Source of the DNA: Octopus sinensis
Lineage: Eukaryota
Length of the DNA stretch: 16,940 bases
Direction: 5' to 3'
Assembly: GCF_006345805.1 (NCBI RefSeq)
Contig: NW_021824996.1
Coordinates: forward strand, 1 to 16,940
The notes beneath the pieces were generated by a model. The model had not been told where the DNA came from. It saw nothing but the letters and a program-made list of their open reading frames with translations, and did not search any database. Of this stretch, positions 1-10,929 are shown in pieces. Position 1 is the first letter of the stretch. Each line of letters opens with the position of its first letter. Made by a program: the position numbers and the translations under genes.

Positions 1-41
1 TATACATATATATATATATATATTTAATTACATATATATAT

Positions 42-232
<191 letters not shown>

Positions 233-1042
233 CTAAGTTTGAACCGATTTCATACAGCGAACATCGTCGAACTGAAAAATAATTTTGTTGTGAAACAGAA
301 TGATAAAAGAAATAAAATATCGTATTAATCCATGATTACTATTGTTTTTAATTATTCAAGGAAAAACGGGGCATAACTCTGGATATATTTCAATTTTATT
401 TCCCTCTTATCAGCAATATATAGATTTCAGTGTTTAGCTGCCAAAGTAGCGGGGAAAGAATCAACTGGCAAATATACAAGTTCTATCACCGTTGTTTGAT
501 ACAGGAAAAGCAGAATTGTTCAGAAAATAAATAATTCATAGACGCCATTTGTGTTCAGTAACCTGAATTTTTTTCACCTTACTTCAAACTTGTTTCAATT
601 TATCTTGTAGCTATATCAGCTGTATTTTCCATATATGATTTTTTTCCCTATTTCCATGCTTTTTCCTCTAAATATATAAAGACTAACTTAATTATAATTT
701 TGATTTTGTCTTTGCTTTTTTTGTTCATGATAATGACAAGTTACCATTATTTAATCTCCAAACAAATAGACATTTCGATACGAATGACTGCAACGTACAC
801 AGAAGGCCAATGGGGTCTAGTTAGACCCCAGTTGCCATATGCATGGTATATACTATATTATGTATAGTATATAATGTTCATAAGATAAAAGTTAAATGAA
901 AATTAAAAACTGTGATTTTATTTAATAGATACAGGTAAAAATGAATACAACCTAAAACATTGTGTTTAATTTTTATCGAAAAAATGTAAAGGACAAAATT
1001 ATCTTAACACATATGCAAACTAAGTTCGAATCGTTCTGCTAA

Positions 1043-1526
1043 TCATTCATCGTCGGGTTTTGGTTTCTCCCTTATTAGTTTTGTGTATTGTGCAAGTTTC
1101 CATTTAAACTATCCAAACCTCTATTTTCGTGCGTGAAGACACCTCACTGCAGTGCACGTTCTTGCCTCGTGTTTACTAATGTGTATTTTGAAGTGAAAAT
1201 TTGATAAGAATTTTTCTACGCATATCTCACATTTCTTTCCATCTATTCTATATGTCTTAGAGGTACGAATTATTTCCTAATCAATTGGATAAATCTTATT
1301 CTTGTCTTTGAGCGACCAAATTAATTTACTTAAGCTAGTACTATTCCTTTTTTCCTATCCTTAAGTGAATTTAAATGATTATCGATCTTTTGTTTGACAA
1401 AAACTGGGTTTGCACCAATATAAAAGTATTCCTTATTCTCTGCGGTAACTTTACAACTGTAGACATTGTATTTGGTCTTACATTTTTGTCTAACGGACAC
1501 CTTTTATTTTTTGTGCAATCACAGAG
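1043..1526 (-). pseudogene. Decayed GIY-YIG endonuclease C-terminus of a Penelope-like retroelement
   Basis: Manual translation across two single-base frameshifts gives LCDCTKNKRCPLDKN/CKTKYNVYSCKVTAENKEYFYIGANPVFVKQKIDNHLNSLKDRKKGIVLA/LSKLIWSLKDKNKIYPID*EIIRTSKTYRIDGKKCEICVEK...RCLHARK. VY is at 1459-1464 and YIG at 1414-1422. The CxC...CP motif before the domain and LSKxIWxLK, CxxC and CxH after it match PLE endonuclease architecture. Confidence 0.85.
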
Positions 1527-1585
1527 ACTATTATAATAATAGAAATAGACAAACTTGTCTCCGTGACTGTACAAAAAACAAAAAA

Positions 1586-1621
<36 letters not shown>

Positions 1622-2437
1622 GGTACTGTTAGGGTGAATACTTGATAAGTGTAAGCACCTTTATATGCCAGATAGTGGCAGAGGTGAGAGAGAATATATC
1701 CAATAATATTAAAATACGAATACACTTTTCCAAGGAGATATGATAAACCTATTATAATGGGTAATACTACATGTACTTTTCATATATTTTATATTGTCAT
1801 GTAATTCTTTGGACTAACAAGGTTTGCGGCTGAAGAGAGCTTTAAGCCATCTTTTATATCAATAATGCACTGATGTAATAAGGGATTGTTTATCGTGTAC
1901 CGCGATATCCTTTGTGTTCTGTTTTTAATTTTATTTGATATATGTGTGTGTTTGTGTGTGTGTGTATTTTTGTATGAGGGTGTTTATGACTTCTTGCCTT
2001 GACAGTGTGTAGTAGTTGTAAATGAATGTTATTCGCTTGCAATATTCTACGGAAAAACGTCTGGTCATAGGGAAAGAAGAAACGGTTGGCGATAAAATAA
2101 AGCTCTCTCTCCACCCATGCAAGCATGGAGCAGCGCATCTTAAAACGACGATGACTACGATATCGGCGACAGTGGCGACGCATTCGCCGCCTCAGTAGAC
2201 GATGACGTTTTAGTTCGTTGTTTAGCAAAAACATATTTGCTTGAAAATATTTGGAAATGAGTTTTTTAAATTAAGGATAGAACAGCTGCTTATATACGTC
2301 ATTAGTTTCGACCTATGTTCCTTATAACCACTCAGCAGTTATAAGGAGTGGCGACGAAGAAAAAAAAAACGTAAAACCAAAGACAAACTGCAAAATAAAC
2401 GAATTTTGAAGTATGCTTTTAAATAATAAAGAGAAAC

Positions 2438-2505
2438 AACAACAACAACAATAATAATAAAAAAAAAAATATAATAATGATAATAATAATAATAATAAGT
2501 AAGAA

Positions 2506-2577
<72 letters not shown>

Positions 2578-2660
2578 ATTTATAATAATAATAATAATCA
2601 TAATAATCATAATAATAATAATAATAATAATAATATAATAATAATAATAATAATAATAAT
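2438..2660. repeat. (TAA)n microsatellite with CAA/CAT variants
   Basis: Read directly; explains the poly-Y and poly-I ORFs. Confidence 0.97.
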
Positions 2661-2972
2661 CGAATATACAAACGCAGTAAAAGTAGTTACAACCTCTTTT
2701 GACTAACATAATATAATTTGTAGGTTTATTCCCTCTGGTAGTTTCTTTTGCCGTAACGAACGCAAAATAAATTAGTTTTGTTTAACCTTTGGAGAAATGA
2801 ATTCAGTTTTACAAGATCCTGGTTATTTTCTTGACAAATTTTTATTTTAATTCTTTTTCTTTTCGAATAATCGCTTTGAAAAAATTCTATTTGTGTATTA
2901 AGCAATTGCTCTAAAAATTCCACAGGAAAATGATTTACTATCCGTAATAATGTAATGCTAAAGAGGTTGGTC

Positions 2973-3298
2973 TAAATAAATAAATAAATAAATGTCGTTT
3001 GTGCCTTCTCGAGCCATGCCTGGCTCATAAGGGCCGGTTTTCAGGGTTCCTTAGCGTATAGGTTCCCCACCTGGACGGGACACCGGTCCGTCGCAGGTGA
3101 GTTGCAAGATGCAGGAGGAAAGAGTGCGAGAAAGTTGTGGCGAAAGAGTCAGCAGAAGTTTGCTATTATCTTCTGCCGGAGCTGCGTGGAACTTAGGTGT
3201 TTCGCTCATAAACACACACATGGCCCTGTCTGAGATTTGAATCCGCGATCACTCGACCGTGAGTCCCCTGCTCTAACCACTAGGCCATGTGACGCCAC
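2973..3298 (-). mobile_element. tRNA-derived SINE (octopus OR-like head and core) with distinct 3' tail and (TTTA)n end
   Basis: Reverse complement starts gtggcgtcacatggcctagtggttagagcag (A box), then ggattcaaatc (B box) and the core gagcgaaacacctaagttccacgcagctccggcag shared with the other copies. It ends in (TTTA)n, and taaataaat flanks both sides (possible TSD). Confidence 0.88.
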
Positions 3299-3384
3299 TA
3301 AATAAATATAATACTCTTCTATAATGTTTTTCCTCATTTATTTATTTTTTTTTTGCATAGCCCATTTTCAACCAGTTCGTGATC

Positions 3385-3662
3385 GTGTGAATAGTATCAT
3401 CATTATCATCGTCATCGTCGTCGTCATCATCATCATCGTCGTCGTCGTCACCGTCATCATCATCATCGTCGTCGTCGTCGTTGTGATCATCGTCATCATT
3501 CATGCCGTCGTTGTCGTCATTGTCGACGCCGTCATCATCATCGTCGTCGTCCTCAGTGGCGGCGACAGCATCATCATCATCATCATTGACTTCGTCGTCG
3601 TCGGCGCCGCCGTCACCCTTCTCTTCCTATCCCTCCTCCTCCTCCTTCACCTCATCATATGA
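3385..3662. repeat. Degenerate (CAT/CGT)n trinucleotide array grading into (CCT)n
   Basis: Read directly; explains the I/V- and S-rich ORFs. Confidence 0.92.
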
Positions 3663-3668
3663 TGTCTC

Positions 3669-4119
3669 TGTATCATGCTGGGTATAGACTGAAGGGCCTG
3701 ACAGGATACGGTGGACCCAAGTAGTTTATTGTGCACCATTGTCTGTTTTGTGTTGGTTGCAACGAGCGAATGACCTTCCAACGCCAACAACATTACAGTG
3801 CGTACTGGGTGTCTTCGTGATGTGGGGTTTCAATACAGTTCGCATGGCTACGAACACTGAAGAGGCAGCTTTATATTACAAATGAAAATACGAATGTAGG
3901 AACCAGGGCAGAACAAGATACAGTAGGAGACATACATAACTGCTCACATTTCATTTTAGCCGAGAAGTCGGGAATGAACGGGTGGAGTTGGAAAGATAAA
4001 AACCGTTGTGACGTTGTGTCTTGGTGGACCCTCAGGGCAAAATGTGAAAGATGGGCGAATAGCGAGGTGTGTGGGTAGGTGAATGGGAGAGTGAATGAGG
4101 AAAGGAGAAGCGAGCTACA
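3669..4119 (-). mobile_element. Candidate solo LTR (451 bp)
   Basis: GC-richer island with TGTA...TACA ends. On the minus strand TATAAA (3870-3875) precedes AATAAA (3725-3730), which lies about 56 nt from the end, consistent with U3-R-U5 order. No TSD, PBS or PPT was found. Confidence 0.4.
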
Positions 4120-4338
4120 AACGTTGCTCCAGCTGAGCCTCGACATCACTGGTGCCCAGCTGCATAAGCTTTTACCTTTCCCTTGGGTAACGTTGGTGGG
4201 CTGGAGAGGGGAGATGGTATTCAGGGGCGACTGATGGTCTTCCGTTAAACAACCCTGCCCGCACTTGTGCCTCGGAGGGTAACATTCTACTTGCAATCTC
4301 ATGGTCATTCATTCATGACCAAAGGGGGTTTTTGCCCT
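4120..4338 (+). mobile_element. 5'-truncated SINE body, a family different from the OR-like copies
   Basis: acgttgctccag...cactggtgcc...aaacaaccctgccc...gtgcctcggagggtaac...ggtcattcatgaccaaaggggg resembles an abundant octopus SINE body as recalled; the tRNA head is absent. Confidence 0.7.
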
Positions 4339-5000
4339 TTTATATGGCACAAGATTAATGGGAAAAGGATCGTGATATAAAACATTTTAACCGTATTTTG
4401 TTTCGTTTCTTTGTTTTCAATTCAAATTCCACAACGACCGACTCTGCATTTTATGAATCCTTGGAGATTTTTATTTACTAATAAAACAAAGTCGCAGGTA
4501 CATACAGCCACACGCTTCCTCCTTTTGTGTCCAAGACAAAAGTGATCATTCATTTGTTTTCCTATGTTTTCCATCGTTAACTCAGAAATCACGGATATTT
4601 AGAGAAGAAAAATATAGCCTTCGTACCATTCTTGATGAACTTAGCAAAAATCAAATGGCTTCAGCTGATATTAGAATTGTATTCGGATTTTGGATTATTA
4701 GGTATTTACAATGGTATAACAAAGAAAGATAATCGTAAGGATTACAAAAAAAACAAAAAACAATGTGAGTTTATAATTTGCATTCTGATGTTGCAGCTAA
4801 TCCGTTGTTTCTTTTATTAGTTTTTCTTGCGAATATTTGCAGCCAGTTTTGCTAATAATAATGTTTGCTCTTGGAACTATCACTGTTGGAGTTTCTGTTG
4901 ATGTGTCTATTAATTTTTGCGAGCTGTTGAAAGGCTTCTACGTTGAAGAGTATAAAACGAATATTCTATGATAGATTTCAACATCCCTGGGTGGCTTGGA

Positions 5001-5232
5001 GTGGAGGCGCGAGGGCCCAGTGGTTTGGGCAGCGGATTCGCAGTCATAGAATCGTGGTTTCGATTCCCAGACCGAGCATTGTGAGTGTTTATTGAATGAA
5101 AACACCTAAAGCTCCTCGAGGATCCAGCAGGGGATGGTGGCGAACCCTGCTGTACTCTTTCACCACAACTTTCTCTCGCTCTTTCTTCCCATTTCTGTTG
5201 TGCCTGAAATTCAAAGGGCCAGCCTTGTCACA
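5001..5232 (+). mobile_element. 3'-truncated tRNA-derived SINE (same subfamily as 14138-14533)
   Basis: Aligns by eye with 14138 onward: gtggaggcgc..ggcccagtgg, gtttcgattcccagacc, aaaacacctaaagctcc, tcaaagggcc.gccttgtcac. Confidence 0.92.
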
Positions 5233-5280
5233 CTTCAGTATCATTTCTCATTCTGTTTTGATGTTGCTTTTTGTTGCTTT

Positions 5281-5599
5281 GACCTTTTCGTAGGATGTGT
5301 GCAGTGCCCAGTAGTGAAATTTTCTGTATATTATATATATTTTTAAGTCCTGGTGTTTTTGTTATGTATTTGTCTGAATATTTTTTTTATCATACCTATT
5401 GCGCCAATTATGATAAGAATTGTTTCTGTTTTTAGACTTTACATTCGAGTTACCTCTATTTCCAGATCTTTGTATTTTGAAAGTTTCTCCATTTCTTTTA
5501 GAGAAACGTTGTCATCTGTTGGTATTGATTAATTGATTAGAAAGCAACTTTTTCTTCATGATCTCCGACAACTATATCCAGCCTCTTGGCTTTAATTAT
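5281..5599 (-). pseudogene. Decayed 3' end of an R4/Dong-like (restriction-like endonuclease) non-LTR retrotransposon ORF
   Basis: IKAKRLDIVVGDHEEK/..SIPTDDNVSLKEMEKLSKYKDLEIEVTRM*SLKTETILIIIGAIGMIKK/KYITKTPGLKNIYNIQKISLLGTAHILRK. This matches the RPD...D...KxxKY...IxxGAxG RLE pattern, with frameshifts and a stop. Confidence 0.85.
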
Positions 5600-5609
5600 A
5601 TTATTATTA

Positions 5610-5671
<62 letters not shown>

Positions 5672-5730
5672 GTTGATGTTGTTGTTGTTGTTGTTATTAT
5701 TATAATTATTGTTTTTGTTGTTGTTGCTGC
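5600..5730. repeat. (ATT)n/(GTT)n microsatellite
   Basis: Read directly. Confidence 0.96.
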
Positions 5731-5888
5731 CTGTAGATTTATGGGGTACTGACACGTTTCCGGTCTAGTTTACTTTTAAATAGTTTAATGTCCATCGTAA
5801 TTACGTACAAAAATAAAGGGGAGGGAGAAGAAAAACAAAAAAGTCGACCCACCAGACTAGGAAAACATTTGTGTGTGTGTGTGTTTGC

Positions 5889-5925
<37 letters not shown>

Positions 5926-5939
5926 TATGTGTGTATACA

Positions 5940-6060
5940 TCACGTGATCACGTGACCGACCAGACCATCACACATGGTGTTACACATCGCTGGTCACAAT
6001 GCGTTCACATTGTTTTAGCCTTCAAATGACGGCACCCCGCTGGCTAAGCGAGCAGGCCAA
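5940..6060 (-). mobile_element. 3' tail fragment of the SINE subfamily seen at 10315-10587
   Basis: Reverse complement ttggcctgctcgcttagccagcgggg...gaaggctaaaaca...ggtcacgtgatcacgtga matches 10501-10587. Confidence 0.9.
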
Positions 6061-6264
6061 TATATATATATATATATATATTATATTAATATATATGTGT
6101 GTGTGTGTGTGGTGGGTGTGTGTCTCTATCAATTTATCTATTTATCTATCTAACTATATATATATGTGTGTGTTGTGTGTGTTGTGTGTGTTTGAGTGTG
6201 TTCATGGATATATATATATAATATATATATCTGTACATATACACACATACATCTATATATGTAC

Positions 6265-6305
<41 letters not shown>

Positions 6306-6511
6306 TATATGTACATAAATGTATTTGGCTTAGTAACTATTAACGGTATTATGCATATATATCTTCGTTCTGATTTTCCTCTTTATCATTATTATTATTA
6401 TTATTATTATTATCATCATTATTATTGTTATTATTATTATCATTATTATTATTATCATTATTATTATTATTATTATTATTATTAGCATCATTATTTTTGT
6501 TATCATTATTA

Positions 6512-6557
<46 letters not shown>

Positions 6558-6605
6558 TGTCAGTGTTGTTATATCTATTAATACTATGTTTATCGTTAAT
6601 ATTAT
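6061..6605. repeat. Compound (TA)/(TG)/(CA) and (ATT)n microsatellite block
   Basis: Read directly. Confidence 0.93.
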
Positions 6606-7446
6606 TGGCAATTTTTCGTATTGCTGTTATTGTCGCTGTTGTTGTGAACGTATAATTGACAGAATATATCCCATATTAATACTTGGCAATTATGTGGAAG
6701 CAATTCCACGAGCTTAAGTAAAATCAGAATGTTCTGTCGAAAGAGATTATCGTTTCGAACATGATATATTGGTATCGATTTCTCTTCGCCAACCGCATCA
6801 CTTCCTTATTCTCCTTCTCCTCCTGCCTCCCTCTATCAACCTCTATCACTCTATCTGTTTCTCTTACACACGCACACATGCACATACACACATACACACA
6901 TACACACACATATGTATACATGTACGACAAAACCACACGAACCAGAACAGAAGCATCAAACGACTTTTCCAAGCAACCCAGCTTCTTTCTACTTATCATG
7001 TTGTCCACGCAGCTGTTGGTGGTTGAGAAATTGGCTGAGAAGAACAAAGGGGTCACAGCGTGAACCCTGCTTTTATGACCCCTTCACTAATAAATCAATA
7101 TGATTTCTGTCACAGATTCACTTTGATTTATTCCCCTTCAATGGAACGTTTGTTCAATTAACGAAACAACGGAAGGTGCATTGTACTTTTCCTTGCTCTT
7201 CTAATAGATGTTTGTCCTAAATACAGTTAAGAGTTCGTATACTACAGGGATACAGGGCTGTAACTGAGGTGTATTTTGCGTATACTTCAGCTTTCTTAAC
7301 CTGGATACAATATGTCTAAAAGCAAATTAATTCTCTGTTATACTTTGTCATACATTTTTTGTTTCTTGTAATACAGTCTGTGGTTACTGCTTTTCATCTT
7401 CTGCATTCCTCTACCCGTAACTGAGTTAAATATCACAAAGTTGGAA

Positions 7447-8677
7447 CAGGGTGTTTGAATACAATTAGACAGTTTGCATAAGATAATGAAACGCAAATCC
7501 CACAATTTAAGAAATCAAAAAATATCAAATAAATTATGGTTGGAAAATAATAGTTTACTCAAAGTAGCAACCCTTATTTTCCAGAATGGCCTCAAGAAGG
7601 TTCCGGAGCCTAGCACTTGTGATTCCTAGGATGTCTTCGAACACTTCCTTGATCTTAGCTGTAGCTAGCGTAGTGGTTGGCATTTTTCGCAACGGTATCC
7701 CAGTTATAGTAAATTATGGGATTACAACTGTGGAGTTAGGAGGCCAACATTAGGGCTGGTGAAGTGGAAATTCTTCGATAAGCACTTCTGACTGTTTCTG
7801 GAATTATGGCAAGGCGTTGAATCCTGCTGTCACACATATTCTTCTCCAACAGCGACTCCCTGCATTCGAGGATTGGCCACAGCCTCCAGCAGCTTTTTGA
7901 ATTTAACCGAAAGCCATATTAAAAAATATGGGGTGGCATGACGTCACCGTCACAGAACACACATCCAAAAGCCATCATATTATGAAGAGACTTGAGTTTC
8001 ATAATGTCCAAGTTACGTCATATAGCGTTCACAGAGCATTGAACAACATTCATGTTGTCGGTATTTTGATAGCCGTCGCGATTCATCATGAGAGTGCTAA
8101 ATTCTTTTACAATATTCAGATGGAATCCAGTATTCCATATCAGCTAACTCTCTCCCCACTACAACATTATTTTTATGCACTCCAACGCCGTATCCTATCT
8201 CCTTTTTAAGGGTTTGTACTGATGTCTAGCCATCAAACTGAAAGAATCTGTCATCCAAACCAAAGTCTTCGCAATAACGTTTGGTGAGAAATAGTTTGAG
8301 AGCAGATCTAACAATGATCACATAAAACAGATCTGAATTCCTGGGTAAAAGAGAATCAGTGCTCGTAAGGCGATGAAAGAAGCAGATGAGAAAAAATCCA
8401 ACTGCATCTGAACAAGGAAAATTGAAGTGAATTTCGAAAACAAAACCCATACAGTCTTCAGGCACCTTCGATTGAAATGACAACAATACTCAGGGTACGT
8501 TGGGTATGGGGTACCTGAACCATTCAGGAGGGTTGCAATGCAGACATTAGCACAGAATGTGGCAGTAGTGACCCCTATGACCCATACCCCTTAGAGTGAA
8601 CATAATCAAGAGTTGGAATACTTGCATGAATGGGAGATGGGTTTCTCTGAGAATCTTTAATTGTTCCGCTCACCCTA
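7447..8677 (-). mobile_element. Decayed Tc1/mariner transposon, maT (DD37D-type), about 1.23 kb
   Basis: Contains the transposase remnant listed next. The ends show weak degenerate inverted similarity (cagggtgtttgaatacaatta versus tagggtgagcggaacaatta on the other strand), so the boundaries are approximate. Confidence 0.75.
7555..8560 (-). pseudogene. maT-like DDD transposase pseudogene
   Basis: WFRYP near the N-terminus; MAFGCVFCDGDVMPPHIF (7922-7975); EEYV*QQDSTPCHNSRNSQKCLSKNF (QQD 7821-7829); WPPNS/CNPIIYYNW; C-terminal KIKEVFED...LEAILENKGCYFE* (stop 7555-7557). There are multiple stops and frameshifts, and the third catalytic D is apparently lost. Confidence 0.9.
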
Positions 8678-9179
8678 AATTTTTTTTATTACCACCAAAA
8701 TGTACACTAACAATTTTCATATGATAAGAATAAAAAGCTTCATCGCCGTTGATCAACGAAATACTAAATGCTACGTTAGAGTTTTCTAGAAAAAACCTCG
8801 CATTTTGAAGGTGGTTTTACAGATTATTCCAAGTTATATTATTCCAATATAGTTCTTCAAATATTCTCAGGAAAAATTCGCATCATTTGATGAACTCATG
8901 TCTTCTAACACTTTTGCACCATGACCTCGTATGTTAAATTTTCCCGAAGAATTTACATTATGCTTCGTATTGCAAGACGATATGTACCGATGTATCCATT
9001 TCTTCTTAATCAATTCCTGTTCAAGCTTGTAGGAAATCCGAACAGAATATTCCAAAAATGTAATTCAATATCTTTGTTCACTCAGAGAAGTCCGCCAATA
9101 AAAGATTAATGTTTCACCAGAAAATGAAACTTTGTAATATCACTCCACCCACTCTCATCCCCTCTTTGTCAGTACTTAC

Positions 9180-9540
9180 GTGTGAGAACACGTGTGTGTA
9201 TGTGTGTGCGTGCGTATACACAACTCAATGTTTATATATACTCATATATAGGTGTATACGCATATATATATATATATATTATATATATATATATATATAC
9301 ATACACATATATATATATATCTATGCCTCTATCAAGTTGTCTATATATCTATCTAACTATATGTCTGTGTTTGTGTGTGTGTGTGTACATGTATGTATAT
9401 CTATGCACATGGATACATACGCACGGAAACAGACAAATACAAATACACGCACACAAATGTGTGTGTACGTAGACAGATATAAAATACGCATATATATACA
9501 TATACATATATTATATATAATATACATATACATACATGTG

Positions 9541-9604
<64 letters not shown>

Positions 9605-9758
9605 GTATATGTATGTGTGTATGTGTGTGTGGGTGGGTTGCATGTATAAATTCACATGTATCAGTGTATGCATATATTTATGTCCGTATGTTCATATACA
9701 GAAACAAAATATTGCTCAAGACAGTTAATAATGACGATGACGATGATGATGATGACCT

Positions 9759-9794
<36 letters not shown>

Positions 9795-9952
9795 CGATGA
9801 CGACGACAACGACGACGACGATGATGATGATGATGGTGATGATGATGATGATGATAATGATGATGATGATGATGATGACGGTGCCGACGATAATGATGAT
9901 GATGATGACGATGACGATGTTGATTATGTTGATGATCACATAAAACAGCTCT

Positions 9953-10011
<59 letters not shown>

Positions 10012-10039
10012 GTGTGTTGTGTGTGTATGCTTGTGTGTG
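9180..10039. repeat. Compound microsatellite block: (TA)/(TG)n, then (GAT/GAC)n at about 9731-9935
   Basis: Read directly; the poly-D, poly-M and poly-H ORFs are artefacts. Confidence 0.95.
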
Positions 10040-10237
10040 TGTGTTTGTCCCGCCATCATCGCTTGACAACTGATGCTGATGTGTTTAGGTCCCCGTAACT
10101 TAGCGGTTCGGCAAAAGAAACCAATATAATAAGTACTAGGCTTACAAAGAATAAGTCCTGGTGTCGATTTGCTGGACTATAGCTGGTGCTCCAGCATGGC
10201 CTCAGTCAAATGACTAAAACAAGCAAAAGAGTAAAGA
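10040..10237 (+). mobile_element. 3' half of a second tRNA-SINE family (probably octopus OK-type)
   Basis: gcttgacaac...ccccgtaacttagcggttcggcaaaag...aataagtact...gtcgatttg...ggtgctccagcatggcc.cagtcaaatgact...aaaagag; homologous by eye to 14740-14937. Confidence 0.85.
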
Positions 10238-10250
10238 TATGTATATGTAA

Positions 10251-10314
<64 letters not shown>

Positions 10315-10317
<3 letters not shown>

Positions 10318-10580
10318 AAGGGCAATGGCCTAGTGGTGAGGGCAGCGGACTCGCGGTCGCAGGATCGCGGTTTCGATTCCCAGACCGGGCCTTGTGAGTG
10401 TTTATTGAGCGAAAACACCTAAAAGCTCCACGAGACTCCGGCAGGGAATGGTGATCCCTGCTGTACTCTTTCACCACTCTTTATCCCACTCTTTCTTCTG
10501 TTGGCCTGCTCGCTTAGCCAGCGGGGTGGCGTCAATTCGAAGGCTAAAACAACATCTGATGGCCTGGTTGGTCACGTGAT

Positions 10581-10587
<7 letters not shown>
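10315..10587 (+). mobile_element. tRNA-derived SINE (OR-like head and core) with tail ending in TCACGTGATCACGTGA
   Basis: A box tggcctagtggt, B box gtttcgattcc, shared core to ctgtactctttcaccac, then a different tail; embedded in (TA)n on both sides. Confidence 0.92.
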
Positions 10588-10633
<46 letters not shown>

Positions 10634-10929
10634 GAGAGAGAGAGAGAGATAGGAGAAAAGTAAGAGCGAGAGACAGAAAGAAGAAAGAAAATTTAAACAG
10701 AATTGGATGATAAATAAAGAATTACGAGTATTGACCACTATGATTTTACATATAATCAGCTTTATAGATAAAGAAATCGTTTCTTAAAGGGGAGTGTGAA
10801 AGCGAATAAGAAATAAGGCTAACTGAATGTGAGTAATAAAAAACATGGAAGAAGTAAAGATGGATTAGGAACGGCGGGAAATATTGCGTTAACACCCACA
10901 AACACACACACACACACACACACTATATA

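Noticed and set aside
1015-1056. Possible hammerhead downstream of the GIY-YIG relic (minus strand cgatga...cgaac)
   Set aside because: Core is incomplete (no CUGA, GAA only) and the stems do not register.
3871-4308. 145-aa ORF
   Set aside because: Crosses a SINE fragment and the LTR-like island; no recognisable domain.
9613-10069. Poly-Asp, poly-Met and poly-His ORFs
   Set aside because: Translations of a (GAT/GAC)n microsatellite.
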